A stretch of DNA of 64,000 nt from Camelus dromedarius (lineage: Eukaryota), in the NCBI RefSeq assembly GCF_036321535.1, contig NC_087437.1:21082001-21146000 (forward strand), given 5' to 3'. The translations under genes and the position numbers were made by a program. Every line of letters starts with the position of its first letter. Positions within the stretch are counted from its first letter, which is position 1. Of this stretch, positions 1 through 13,840 are shown in pieces. The notes below the pieces were generated by a model. It ran no database searches. It was not told where the DNA came from and saw only the letters and a program-made list of their open reading frames with translations.

Positions 1-3000
1 GCACCAGCCTCTCCTGCCAGAAACTGGCACAAGCCTCTAGACCAGCCTCACCCACTAGGTGGCAGACATCAAAAGCTGGAAAAGTTTGATCTTGCAACCT
101 GTGGAACAAGTCCGCAAACAAGGCCAGAATCTAACCTGAGGCCAGTTGGCCACAGGCCCCTGGGTGATGAGAGGGGAATGCACAGGTGGGACACATAGGA
201 TGTCTTCCTACAAGACATTCTCCAAGGTCGAGAAACGTTACTAACCTGCCACATGTATAATAATACAAATAGAAATTTTAACAAAATGAGGCAACAGAGA
301 AATACCTTCCAGACAAAGATAAAAGCCCAGAAGAACTAAGTGATGTGGAGATAGGCAATCTACCTGAGAAAGAGTTTAGAATTAAGATTGTAAGAATGAT
401 CAAAGATCTCGGGAGAAGAATGGATGAACAGAGCGAGAAGATAGAAGTTGTTAGCAAAGAGATAGGAAAAAAAAAAAAAAAAGAACCACCAAACAGAGAT
501 GAAGAATACAAAAACTGAAATAAAAAATACACTAGAAAGAATCAACAGTATACTAAACAAGGCAGAAGAGCAAATCAGTAAGCTGAAAGACAGAGTGGTG
601 GGACTCACTGCCACAGAACAGAAAAAAAGAAAAAAGAATAAAAAGAAATGAAGACAGTTTAAGAGACCTCTGGGACAATATAAAGCACATTAATATTCAC
701 ATTATAGGGGTCCCAGAGGAGAAGACGGAAAGAAAGGGCCCGAGAAAATATCTGAAGAGATAATAGCTGATAAATTCCCTAACCTGGGGAAGGAAACAGT
801 CCCCCAAGCCCAGGAAGTGCAGAGTCCCATACAGGACTAGCCCAAAAAGGGACACACCAAGACATATTATAATTAAAATGTCAAAAATTATAAGATAAAA
901 AGAGAATATTAAAAGCATCAAGGGAAAAGCAACAAATAACATACAAGGGAACTCCCATAAGACCATCAGCTAATTTTTCAGCAGAAACTTTGCAGGCCAT
1001 AAAGGAGTGGCATAATATATTTCAAATGATGAAAGGGAAAAATCTACAACCAAGAATATTCTATCCACCAAGGCTCTCATTCATATTTGATGGAGAAATC
1101 AAAAGCTTTACAGACAAGCAAAAGCGAAAAGAATTCAGACTACCAAACCAGCTTTACAACAAATGCTAAAGGAACTTCTCTAGGTGGGAAAGACAAGACC
1201 ACAACTAGAGATAAGAAAATTACAAAATGGAAAAGCTCAGAGGTAAAGGCAAACACACAGTAAAGGGAGGAAATCATTCTCACAAAAACTAGGAGGAAGG
1301 GGAAAAGACAATAGTAGTAAAGTCATCTGTATTCACAATAAGCGGTTAAGAGATACACCAAACAAATGTAAAATATGATATCAAAACCAGCAAGCGTGAG
1401 GGGAGGAGAGTACAAACACAGGGTACTTAAAATGCATTTGAAAATAAGACATCAGCAACTTACAGCAATCACATTTATATACAGAATGTTATACCAAAAC
1501 CTTATGGTAACCACAAACCAAAAATCTATAATAGATATACACACAAAAACGAAAAAGGAATCCAAACATAACACTAAAGAGAGTCACCAAATCACAAGAG
1601 AAGGGAACAAAAGAAGAAAAGGAAGAAAAAGACCTACTAAAACAAATCCCAAACAATCAACAAAATGGCAATAAGAACATATATATAGATGATTATCTTA
1701 AATGTAAACGGACTAAATGCTACAACTAAAAGACACACACTGGCTGAATGGTTACAAAAACAAAACTCATATATTTCCAGCCTATAGGAGACTCACTTCA
1801 GATCTAGAGACACATGCAGACTGAAAGTCAGAGGATGAAAGAAGATATTCCACACAAATGGAAATCAAAAGAGGGCCAGAGTAACAATGCTTATATCAGA
1901 CGAGATAGACTTTACAATAAAGACTGTTACCAGAGACAAAGAAGGACACTACATAATTATCCAGGGATCAATCCAAGAAGAATATATAGCAATTGTAAAT
2001 ATATATGCACCCAACATAGGTGTACCTCAACATGTAAGGAAAATATTAACAGATATGAAAGGAGAATTGACATTAATATAATAGTGAGGGACTTTAACAT
2101 CCCACTTACACCACGGGACAGATCATCCAGACAGAAAGTCAGTAAGGAAATACAGGCCTTAAATGATGCATTAGACCAGATGGGCTTAATTGATATCTAT
2201 AGAGCATTCCATCTGAAGGCAGCAGAATACACATTCTTCTCAAGTGCACATGGAACATTGTCCAAGATAAATCACATGTTGGCCCACAAAGCAAGTCTTG
2301 GTAGATTTAAGAAAATTAAAATCATATCAAGCATCTTTTCCCACCACAATGCTATGAGATTAGAAATCAACTACAAGAAAAAAACTGAAAAAAACCACAA
2401 ACATGTGGGTGCTAAGCAATATGCTACTAAATAACCAACGGATCACTGAGGAAATCAAAGAAAAAATCAAAAACTACTTTGAGACAAATGAAAATGAAAA
2501 CATGAAGATCCGAAACCTCTGGCATGCAGCCAAATCAGATCTAAGAGGGACGCTTATAGCGGTAAGAGCTTACCTCAGGAGACAAGAAAAATCTCAAATA
2601 AACAACCTAAACTTACACCTAACGCAATTAGAGAAAGAAGAACAAATAAAACATAAAGTTAGTACAAGGAAAGAGATCATAAAGATTAGAGCAGAAATAA
2701 ATGAAATAAAGAGTAAAAAAAAAAAAAATAGAAAAGATCAATGAAACAAAGAGCTGGTTCTTTGAAAAGATTTTTAAAAAATGGATAAATCTTTGGCCAG
2801 ACTCACTGAGAAAAAAAAAGGGAGGGCCCAAATTAATAAAATCAGAAATGTAAAGGGAGAATTTACCACCATCACCATAGAAATACAAAGGATCATAAGA
2901 GGCTACTATGAGCAACTAGATGCCAACAAAATGGACAGCCTAGAAAAATGGACAATTTCTTAGAAAGGTGCAATCTCCCAAGACTAAACCAGGAAGAAAT

Positions 3001-5261
3001 AGACAATATGAACACACCAATTACCAGCACTGAAATTGTATCAGTAGTTTAAATATTCCCAACAAACAGGACTAGATGGCTTCACAGGGGAATTCTACCA
3101 AAGATTTAGAGAAGTGTTAATGTGTATCCTTCTGAAATTATTCCAGAAACACTTCCAAACTCATTCTATGAGACCACCATCACCCTGATACCAAAACCAG
3201 ATAAAGATATCACACACAAAAAAGATTACAGGCCAATATCACTGGTGAATATAGATGCAAAAGTCCTCAGCAAAATACTGGCAAATAGACTCCAATCATA
3301 TATTAAAAGGATCATACACCATGATCAAGTGGGATTTATCCCAGGGATCAAGGACATTTCAGTATCTGCAAATCAATCAATGTGTTACACCACATTAACA
3401 AACTGAAGAATAAAAACCATATGATCATCTCAATAGAAGCTTTTGATAAAACTCAACATCCATTCATAATAAAAACTCTCCAGAAAGTGAACAATAGAGG
3501 GAACATATCTCAACAGGATAAAAGCCATAAATGACAAACCTACAGCTAATATCATACTCAATGGTGAAAAACTGAAAGCATTTCCTCTAAGATCAGGAAC
3601 AAGACAAGGATGCCCATTCACGCCACTTTTATTCAACATAGTTTTGGGAGTCCTAGCCACAGAGAAGAAAAAGAAAAGGAATCCAAATTGGAAAAGAAGT
3701 AAAACTGTCACTGTTTGCAGATGACACGATACTATACACAGAAAATCCTAAAGATGCTACCAGAGAACTACTAGAGCTCATCGATGAATTCACTAAAGCT
3801 GCAGAATACAAAATTAATATGCAGAAAGCTGTTGCATTTCTATACACTAAAACAAAATATCAGAAAAAGAAATTAAGGGAACAATCCCATTTACCACTGC
3901 ACCAAAAAGAATAAAATACCTAGGAATAAACCTACCTAAGGAGGCAAAGGACCTGTACTCCGAAAACTATAATTCACTGATGAAAGTAATGGAAGACGAC
4001 AAACAGATGGAAAGGTATACCCTGTTCTTGGACTGGAAGAATCAATATTATTAAAATGGCCATACTACCGAGGAAATAATCAGATTCATTGCAATCCCTA
4101 TCAAATTACCAATGACATTTTTACCAGAACTGGGACAAAAAATGTTAAAATTTGTATGGAAACACAGAAGACCCCAAATAACCAAAACAATCTTGAGAAA
4201 GAAGAACGGACCTGGAAGAATCATGCTCCCTGACTTCAGACTATACTACAAAGCTACAGTAATCAAAACAGCATGGTACTGGCACAAAAACAGACACATA
4301 GATCAATGGAACAGGATAGAAAGTCCAGAAATAAATCCACCCACTTATGGTCAATAAACCTACAACAAAGGAGGCAAGAATATATATAATGGAGAAAAGA
4401 GTCTCTTCAATAAGTAGTGCTGGGAAAACTGAACAGCTTCATGTAAAACAATGACATTAGAGCATTCTCTAACACCATTTACAAAAATAAACTCAAAATG
4501 AATTAAAGACCTAAATGTAAGGCTTGTTACTATAAAAGCCTAAAGGAAAAACATAGGCAGAACACTATTTGATATAAATTGCAGTAATATTTTTCTCAAA
4601 CTAGCTCCTACAGGAATGGAAATAGAACCAAAAATAAATAAATGGGATCTAATTAAACATAAAAGCTTTTGAACAGCAAAGGAAACCATAAACAAAACAA
4701 AAAGACAACCTATATGGTGAGAGAAAATATTTGTAAATGACAGGAACAACAAGGGACTAATTTCTAAAATACATAAGTAGCTCATACAGCTTAATATCAA
4801 AACAATAAGCAACCCAATCAAAAAATAGGCATAAGATCTAAATAGAAATTTCTCCAAAGAAGGCATCCAGATGGCCGACACAAGAAAAGATACTCAATAT
4901 TGCTAATTATTAGAGAAATGCATATCAAAACTACAATGAGGTATCACCTCACAGCAGTCTGAATGGCCATCATTAAAAAGTCTACAAATAATAAATGCTG
5001 GAGAGGCTGTAGAGAAAAAGGAACCCTCCCACACTGTTCATGGGAATGTAAATTGGTGCAGCCACTATGGAGGACAGTATGAAGGTCCTTAAAAAACTGA
5101 AAATAGACTTACCCTATGATCCAGCAATCCTACCCTTGGAGAAAAATATAATTTGAAAAGACACACGGACCCCAGTGTTCACAGCAGCACTATTTACAAT
5201 AGCCAAGACACAGAAACAGCCTAAATGTCCATCAACAGATGACTGAATAAAGAAGTTGTGG

Positions 5262-5292
<31 letters not shown>

Positions 5293-5770
5293 ATACACAC
5301 ACACACTGGAATATCACTCAGCCATAACAAAGAATAAAATTTGCAGCAACATGGATGGACCTAGAGATTATCATACTAAGTGAAGTCAGTCAGACAGAGA
5401 AAAACATATATCATATATCACTTATATGTGGAATCTAGAAAAACACAAATTTTATCTACAATCCAAAAATAAACTCATGGACATAGAAAATAAACTATGG
5501 TTACCAAAGGTGAAAGAGTGGGGGAGGATAAATTAGGAGTTTGGGATTAACAGATACACATTACTGTATATAAAATAGATAAACAACAAGGGCCTACTGT
5601 ACTGCACAGGGAACTGTATTCAATTTCTTATAATAACATATAATGGAAAAGAAACTGAAAGTGTATATATGTATGTTTATATATAACTGAATTGCTTTGC
5701 TATACACCTGAAACTAACATTGTAAATCAACTACACATCAATAAAAAATAAAATTTAATTTAAAAAAATA
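1..5770 (+). mobile_element. Near full-length, inactivated LINE-1 (partial 5'UTR, ORF1 ~286-1183, ~480 bp spacer, ORF2 ~1665-5440, 3'UTR and A-rich tail)
   Basis: ORF fragments translate to L1 endonuclease (IVNIYAPN, YTFFSSAHGT..KINHML), Z/RT region ([34 protein letters not shown] at 3711-3725) and the C-terminal [22 protein letters not shown] segment. Many frameshifts and stops. AATAAA plus A-tail at ~5740-5770. Confidence 0.96.
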
Positions 5771-5859
5771 GCCCAAATTTTCCTGAATGTGGGGGAGTAG
5801 GGGATGGGGCAGGAACTGCCATGTCAGGAAATACAACTTACCATACAGCTGTAGTAATT

Positions 5860-6620
5860 TAAATGGTGTGTTATTGGCCCAAGGACAGAAAAATATACCA
5901 AAGGACCAGAAACAAAAGCCCCTAAGCATGAGTGACACATGACAGGGGACCCTCAGGTCAGCCAGGAAAGGACTAACTTTCCAGTAAATGGTGCAGGGAA
6001 CAATTAGGGGTCCTTGTCCACATTACTGTTATCCAAACACTTCATTTATTGCTTTTCTCAATAAAGTGTTAAATGTGAAAAGTAAAACTTAAATGCTCTC
6101 AGCAGAAAATACAGAGTATCTTTAAGACCATGGAGCAAAGAAAAAATAAATAAAAAAAAATTTTTTTAAAGACCACGGGGGAAAGGATTTTTAAACACGA
6201 CACCAAAATGTCATATAAAAAAGGAAATAATTGACAAATCAAACCACACTAAAATCGGGGAGCTGAGTTCACATGAAAAAGCCATAAAAAAATGAAAAGG
6301 CAAACCATAGGCTAGTAGAGTATGGTCTCAATACATATAACTAACAAAGGATAGGTATCCAAATATATAATGAACCCCCCAAACCAAAAAGAAAAAGAAA
6401 ACAACCCTTTTGCAAAATATAATAGGGACAAGAACAGATTTTTACTAAAAAGGGAAACCCAAATGACCAACAAACACATTTAACCATGCCTCAGCATGCT
6501 TTATGAGTCTCAACCCATTAGGAAGTGTGGAAATGCAAATTAAAATTACAATGAAATACTGTTTCCACTCACTCGATTGGCAAAATTTAAAATCCCCAAC
6601 CCAACAATTTGGGGCCAACA
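5860..6620 (+). mobile_element. Older, highly diverged L1M ORF2 3' fragment
   Basis: Degenerate L1 ORF2 motifs, e.g. 'gaaatgcaaattaaaattacaatgaaatac' at ~6531-6560. Confidence 0.6.
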
Positions 6621-6944
6621 GGCATTCTTTTACAAGATTTATACTTATATTATAAATCTATAACAAAAAATAAGGGAATAATAAATACCAGAGGACATAA
6701 CAACCTCAGGAGTGTGGGATGAAGGGAGGGCGCACGTGGGAAGGCGTCCCCATCTCAGTACTTAAAGGAAGGTTGGCTTCACAGATTTTTTTTCATCATC
6801 ATCACTATTATTATTATCATTTCCTTACATATGTTTTACATATATATTCTCTTGTAGACACATATATACATGTCCTATTGTATACAGAAAATATTCCATA
6901 ATTTTTAAACCAGGCCATGAAAATCAAATAAAGATACTATTCTA

Positions 6945-7083
6945 GAAGGAGGGTATAGCTCAGTGATAGAGTGCCTGTCTAGCGAGAATAAGGTCCTAGG
7001 TTCAATCCCCAGTACCTCCACGAAAAAATGAATAAACAAACCAACCAACCTAGTTACCTCCTCTACCCCCACCCCTCCCAAAA
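6945..7083 (+). mobile_element. tRNA-derived SINE (camelid Vic-1-like)
   Basis: A box 'tagctcagtgatag' and B box 'ggttcaatcc', then an AT-rich middle and a C-rich end. Near-direct flanks aaagatactattct / aaagatattct. Confidence 0.85.
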
Positions 7084-8707
7084 AAGATATTCTGACTCTG
7101 GAAGACTTGACATATAGTCAATAAAACAGAAAATCAAATCATCCCAGTACAGTGTGGGTGGCTATTAATGTGCCATGAGAACCAAGAAGAGAGGTATTAA
7201 TTTTGCCTGAGAGATTTGGGGAGGCCCTACGGAAGGAAAGAAGGAAACTTTGAGTTGAGTCTTGAAGAGTGACGAGGAATTTTCCAGAGAGAGAGAAACC
7301 TCCACATCATTGAGACTAGATTTCCAAAGTGGGGTGTGGGGCGTGGCATGAGAGACCACGGAAGGACCAGGGCAAGAACACGGATGTTCTCACAGGTGTC
7401 TGCACGCCACACTTCCAATTTTGCTGTGAGGCTGAAGGCAAAACAGTTGTTGCTGTTTGTCTCATGGTTGCTTTTCAAGCCACCCCACAAGCCTGGCACC
7501 TATAAACAGAAAACTGAATCTCTGATATCAATGAGATTGTGGTACCAGCGTGAAATGGTCAAGCACCCATGACCAGGGTGGGTCCATTGCCCTCAAGGTG
7601 ATGAGATTACCCCAGCCCGGCAGACAGCAGGTCTAACTGTGCGCCCTTCATACAAAGCAAACAGTGAGCCTGTGACGGCATTTGCAAGAAAAATGTTGTG
7701 GTTATTCCGAGTAAACATGAGCATGGCTTTGAGAAGAAAATACACTGTGAATTTTGAGATCTGTCTAAATTTTAGATACTCCTTATCTAACCAGATTACA
7801 GTGCCAAAGAAAAGGCAGCAATTTTTCCTTTCCCATCAAACCTATAGTCAGATCTATTAATGAGCTAATTAAGGTGACTAAATAGGCAGCATCCAGCTTT
7901 TCCTCCACACCCACTTCTGTTGTCTAATAGAAAAACTAAAAGAGGGAGGGGAACAGTGTATTTCTAGAAGACAAGTAGCGTGAGAAAAGTAACAGGCCAG
8001 TAGGGTTTGCCACCTGCACAACCAATCAGTACATATTGAACCAGCAGACAATCGGGAGGGAGAACCTGAGCCAAAGACCCACAAGAATCCCTTTAATTTT
8101 GACAATTATCTACCATTATTGTTAGAAAATTGTATTACTATTATCCAAATACTCCAATAACTGCTTTTCTGTAATCAGTCTTTTTATACCCTGGGTTTGG
8201 TTGGAGGTGTTTGGTGTCTCATTACGAGTGACCTGGTAAAGCAGGCAGAAGCCATGGAAACTTAAACTCATGCTGTTTTAACTTCTAGCTGTTTCTGGTC
8301 TCTAGGCAGGAATCAGGCAGAGAGTCTCAGAAGAGACTTACTAATCTCTCAAAAGTGACGGTTGGGATCAGGGTGTCAGGAGCCCCTCAACTAACCCTAG
8401 TCCTTGAAGAATGGGGTGACTGTATTGCTTTGGCTGTTTTTTATTAAGTAACCTAAGCTTTGAAGGGTTTTTAACTGCTTTTGCTTCTGGTGGTGTTAAT
8501 GCCTTTGTTAAACCCAAGGAGGAAGCAGCCACTGACAAAGTGGGCTTGGAGTCAGACAGACCTGGTTAGAAGCCAGCTTCTACGCCTTATTAGTTTTAGT
8601 CGTTTCTTCATCCAAATAAATGTACTGTAACTTTGTAGCCCCACAGTTTCCATTTCTTTATATTTATAACACTGCATCAAACATCTTTGTGTGAAAATTT
8701 TGGTTCC

Positions 8708-9195
8708 CTGTGGCAGACATAGTTGGCTGCTTACCCAAAAGCAATTCACCCTCCCACCCTGCCAACAATAGCCCAGAGTCACTCAGGCAGCCACGTCCAC
8801 CACGGCAACCTCACTCCTTGTGTTAATGATACATCTAGGGGGTGTGCACGTGGTCCCATTTTGAACAATGAAATAAACAGTGTTGCAGAGGCTTCCAGGA
8901 AGGCTTCCTTGCAGGAGATCCGTTTTGCCCCTTCTCCCTTTTTTTCTGTTTGGCCACTGTCCCATGAGGACAGGACACTTTGAGCTACAACAGCTGGCAG
9001 CACCACCACCAGGGGAAACCACAAACTGTGGATGGCAGAGTGGGAGAAGAAACCGGGCTCCTTCATTACGTCGTGGATACACCGAACCAATTCCAGGACT
9101 TCTTACCACCAGACCTCTTGTTACGTGAGCAATAAATGTCTGATGGCTGCTGCCACATTCATTGAGTGTTCTGCTGCTGGCAGCTGAAAGCTTCT
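8708..9195. mobile_element. Old MaLR (MLT1-like) LTR
   Basis: Starts 'tgtggcagacatagttggctg', contains AATAAA at ~9131 and the MLT1-type end 'gcagctgaaagc'. Confidence 0.55.
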
Positions 9196-10044
9196 AACCT
9201 TTACAACTACATCTAAGTGATTTCCTACAGTAGGATCCCAGGTGTGGAATTTCTAGATCTAGATTATTGAGATACACAGACACACCTCGCTCCAGAAGAG
9301 TTCCGATCTACACTCCCACCAGCATGAGTAAGAGTCTCACCACTGAGTCACTGAGTAATATCTTTCTTTAAAAATCACTGCTCATTTGGTAGGCAAAACT
9401 TACTTACTCAAAATCGGTGTTTGTTCAGCTCCACTCGGTGAGGACAGGCAAGACGGGACTGGCCTGGGAGAGCCCCGTGGCCTCCCACCCAGGAAGCGGG
9501 GTGTGGCTGGTCTCAGGCTTTGAGGAGCAGTTTGTTACCCACAAGGTTCAGACTACCTGTGAGTGCCATGCCCACAAGCTGATGGGGCGGAAGAGCTGGT
9601 AAGGAGGAGCTTCCCGATGCTTTTTATTATCTCCCTGGTTGAGAACTAATGTTACACGTGTGAAGGTCAGCAATGGGCTCACCTGGGAGACAGCAAGAAC
9701 TCTTCCAGGTGAGGCCAGAAACACGAAGGCCAAGGTAAAGCTGGACAGAGTGTGGGGGAGGGAACCAGAGACCTTGGATGCGGGCCGAAGCCCCGCAGGT
9801 GAAGTTCGCACACCGTGGGTGTGTGCCTTCCCAGCCAGACCCACGCCTCTGCTCAGTGTGCTTCTCACCAGAGATCATCTTAAAGACACTATTTAGCCCC
9901 TGAGGGCTTTTCTCTATAAGGACCCAAAACACAAAAAATAGGTGAGACCAAAATGATCCAACATCTACTATTGTAAACTGTCTGCTCAAATTAAGTTGAG
10001 CCAATTTATTTTTTTAATGTGACTTTCTTTCACGAGCTTGACTT

Positions 10045-10170
10045 TTTTAAAAATTTTTTGTTTGTTTTTGGTATATTTCTTAATTTTAGGGGGAATTATT
10101 TAGGTTTATTTATTCATTCATTTATTTATTTTTAATGGAGGTACTGGACCTCGTGCATGCTAAGCACACA
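10045..10170 (-). mobile_element. Truncated or internally deleted Vic-1-like SINE
   Basis: 'tttttaatggaggtactggacctcgtgcatgctaagcacac' matches the reverse complement of the SINEs at 6945 and 26963. Confidence 0.65.
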
Positions 10171-10237
10171 GTAGTAGAGCCAATTTAAATATAAGAGTTA
10201 AGTTTCCTTACATGAAACTCAGAAATTTGTGCTTTCC

Positions 10238-11552
10238 ATATCAGTCAGGGTTCAGTTAGAAAGAGAAGGCACTTCAGGTGTTTCACATAGAGGGAATTCA
10301 ACTCGGGGAATTTTTACAAAGGTGTTAGGAAGACTGGAAGAGCAAAAGGGAGGAGGAGCAAAAAGAAAGAAGCAGGGAGCTCTCTTTGCCGCGTCTACTG
10401 TGACAATGAAGACCATTTGTAGTAATCAGAACGTCAACCTTCCAGAAAATGTCGACATTGCTCTGAAGGGGCGCACAGTTATTGTGACGGGCCCCAGAGG
10501 AACCCTGCAGAGGGACTTCAGTCACACTGATGTCAAATTCAGTCTCCTTAGAAAGAAGAGGCTCCAGGATGACAAATGGTGGGAAATCAAAAGGAGCTGG
10601 CTACTGTCGTACTATCTGTGTCACGGACAGAGCACGATCACAGTGTTCTACAAGGTCCTCCGTTACAAGATGAGGTCGGTGTATATTCCCCCACCAATGC
10701 TGTTATTCAGAAGAATAAGTCTCTTGTTGAAATCTGAAATTTCTCGGGTGAAAAATACACCCACCGGTTCAAATGAGGCCAGGCATTACTTAAATATCTC
10801 AAGCCGCAGGAAAAAAAAAAGAGTTAATTCTTGAAGGAAATGACAGTGAAGTTGTCTCAAATTCAGCTGCTTTGATTCAGCAAGCCACAACAGTTAAGAA
10901 CAAGGATATTAGAAAATTGGGCTGGTATCTGCATCTCTGGAATTGGAACAGTTCAGCAGGCTGATGACTGAGATCTAAGAGCCGTGCAGCTACAGAAACA
11001 AGATGCTACATGATTCCTAGGACCTATAAGACCTATGTGGTATTTTAAAGATGCAGTAAAAAAAAAACAACCCTGTTTATTTGCGGGGAAGAAGGAAGGA
11101 AGGAAGGGAGTGAGGGAGGACGGGAAGAGATAACCAAATATCAGAAGCTGCCAAAGTCACCCTGAGCTGGAGTCTGGAATGCTCCATCTGCTGCCACAGT
11201 TTTGGAACCACTGTCGTAGTTGTTTCCAAGTCCACCAAAGATATAGAACCACTGAAAAGCTTCTTCCTCTGACTGGACTGCTGGGACTTAGGAGTTACCC
11301 CACTTCTACTCCCACAACAGCAACCATCAGGGCCTGCCAACAACGGCCACACCATCAGGCCCAAAGACGGACTCTTCTCTCTCCCTCCCTCCTCTGGTCT
11401 CCCACCAGTGCTCCAACTGGCAGAACCCAACAGAGACCCAGCTGGCAGAAGAGCCTGGGAGATGTAAGCTGCAGATGCGCAGCCCCAGTGGTTCACAGTG
11501 TACAAGGGCAGGTGTGGCACTGAGAAAAAAAAAACAAGAAATAACTTGCACA
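10238..11552. mobile_element. Old ERVL-type LTR (LTR33/LTR16-like) split by the RPL9 retrocopy
   Basis: Left part 'tatcagtcagggttcag...gagggaattc' (10238-10378) and right part 'tggcagaacccaacagagacccagctggcag...aataacttgcaca' (11100-11552) look like two halves of one LTR. Confidence 0.5.
10380..11088 (+). pseudogene. RPL9: Processed pseudogene of ribosomal protein L9 (uL6)
   Basis: Pyrimidine 5'TOP-like leader. ATG 10406 gives [40 protein letters not shown]. Intronless with several frameshifts. C-terminal ...[19 protein letters not shown]...GTVQQADD, stop 10969-10971, followed by 3'UTR and an A-run. Confidence 0.95.
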
Positions 11553-12410
11553 TTATCATATCAAATCCTACAGATTTCTATATTAAGTTGGACTATACAG
11601 CTTATTTTTATATTTGAAATTGGGTGATTCTCATCTGAATCGAACTCCCTTCTGTAAGACTTTTTCATAAAAGATGACCATGAAAAACAAGTTGTATTTG
11701 GCCATTCTGTACAGAATATAGGCAGGCACTTGGCCATGAAGTGGGCCACCTTTCACCCAGAGAGATGACTGTACTGAGGACCCACAGCAATCAAAGCTAG
11801 CTCGTGAGAGGTACTGTTTCAAAGCATACTCTGCTTTCCAGCATATCTACCCTCAGGGAATCTCATGCTATAGGGAATATTTATTGTTTCTCCCTGACCT
11901 GCATCCTCCTCACCTTTCATCTGGCTCCTGCACCCCTACCTCCCTCTGGCCCAACGCCCCACTCCTTAAGGTTCTGGTGGGACTGCCAATGACAGGACCC
12001 ACACCCAAAGGAAGGCCAAGCACATTTTTTGTCCCTGCTCTCAGTTGGGATGGTGCAAGGGGTGGGACCCAAAGAAAAACTTGAATATTCAACTTAATTT
12101 GAATTCATTTGAATAAGAAAAGAATTGTCAACTTCCACAATAAGCCTTCAATGTTATAACTTTGCCCTGTTTATTAACAGCTACTAAAAGAAGTGTCTGA
12201 TATTTTGCCGCAGATAGTGTAGTAATAATGAGATTCTCCTTGAAGTTAAAGAAGTGAATTTCCATTCAGCCTGGCCCTTCTGGTCTACTGCTCTTGATCT
12301 GAGATCTTCAAGGTGGCAGATCTGTTAGGTTTCTGGGTATTTTCCCCCTTCAATGCTTGACTATTACTCGGAGAATCTGGCCTTGAGAACAGAAAAGATG
12401 TGGAGACCAC

Positions 12411-12510
12411 TTTTTATTATTATTATTTCTTTAATGGAGGTACCAGGGATTGAACCCATGACCTCATGCACCCCAGGCATACACTCTACCACTGAGCTAT
12501 ATCCTCCCCG
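12411..12510 (-). mobile_element. tRNA-derived SINE (Vic-1-like)
   Basis: Reverse complement reads ggggaggatatagctcagtggtagagtg...ggttcaatccctggtacctccattaaa. Confidence 0.85.
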
Positions 12511-12576
12511 AGATAATTTTTTAAAAGCAGAGGCATTAAAGAGGGGGAGGAGCTGAAAGGAATTTCAAATGCTAGA

Positions 12577-12990
12577 TGCATTAGTATTCTCCAGAGAAAC
12601 AGAACCAACAGGATGTGTAGATAAATAGGTAGGTAGATATTTTAAGAATATGGTCCAATTCTTCCATTGTCGAGCCCCAGTGAGTCCAAAATCTGCAATA
12701 TCTGATGGAATAGGCTGCTAGGTTGGAGTTGCAGGGAAGAGTTGCAATTGAATCCAAAAGCAGCCTGCTGGCAGAATTGCTTCTTTCTCAGGGGAGGTTA
12801 GTCTTTTTCTATTCAGACCTTCAACTGATTGGATGAGGCCCACCCATGTTATGGAGGGCAATCTGTTTACTGAAAATCTATGGAGTTAATGTTAATCTTA
12901 TCCAAAAAACACCTTCAAAAAAAATCCAGAATCATGTTTGACCAAATATCAGAACACTGTGGCCCAACCAAATTAACACATAAAATCATG
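12577..12990. mobile_element. ERVL MLT2-like LTR
   Basis: 'ttctccagagaaacagaaccaacagga', 'ccttcaactgattggatgaggcccaccca', 'tgtttgaccaaatatc...ttaacacataaaat' are typical MLT2 segments. Confidence 0.75.
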
Positions 12991-13209
12991 CAAGGGAAGC
13001 AGTGATAGCTCCAAGTTGCCACAGGGAATGGCTCCTCAGGGGACTAAAACTTGGACAATGCTGGGAAGGAACATACAGTGGTGGTCCTCCCGGGTCACTT
13101 CTAGTGCTGATCAATTTCTAGTTTGGGGTACTCAGAAGGAGCAAGACTGTGATAGTCCAAAAGACTGGGCACAGAGAATTCCAAAGTCGAAGAGATTTTA
13201 GAATTCACA

Positions 13210-13840
13210 GGGCCATGCTCCTCAGACTTGAACATCCATCAGCATCACCTATATGGCTTGTTAAAACAGGTAGCTAAGTCCTGTTTCTGATTCAGTAGGT
13301 CTGGGACAAGGCCCAAGATTTTGCATTTCTAACAGTTTCCCAGGTGATACTGATGCTGTTGGCCTGGGAGCCACACTTTGAGAACCACTAACTTATGGCT
13401 TGTCATTCAAAGTGTGGTCCATGGACCAGCAGCCTCAGCCTTATGCAGGAGCTTCTTAGAAATGCAGGATCTCAGGTCCCATTCAAGACCTACTGCACCA
13501 GCATCTCATACTGACAAGATCACTATGCGATTTGTGTGCATATTAAAGTTTCAGAAACACTCATCAACCTTGCTCATTTTGCAGATGAGGAAAATTATAG
13601 TGGGTGAACACTTTGCTTGGGGAAGGAGAGAGCTGATTCCTGATTCCCGGTCTCAGTGTTCTTCCGTACACAAGTGCCTTTCCACCCTGGCTGCATGGTA
13701 GAATCATGGACAACAAATACTGATGCCCGGGCCCCACCCCAGAGATTCCCATGTAATTGGTCTGTGATAGGTTCCCAGGCATGGGCAGTCATTTAGTTCT
13801 CCCAGCTGATTCTGATGTGTAGTCGGGGTTGAGAAGCACA
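13210..13840. mobile_element. Cluster of MER5-like hAT-Charlie MITEs
   Basis: Repeated 'catcagcatcacct...ttctgattcagtaggtctggg...tttgcatttctaaca...tttgagaaccact' motifs. Confidence 0.7.

Noticed and set aside
6945..7020. Possible tRNA genes (also 12435-12510 and 26963-27040)
   Set aside because: Diverged stems, shared non-tRNA tails and TSDs identify them as SINEs.
10229..10834. 201-aa ORF resembling an N-terminally extended RPL9
   Set aside because: It has a non-ATG start in LTR sequence and drifts in and out of the RPL9 frame through frameshifts, so it is a pseudogene artefact.
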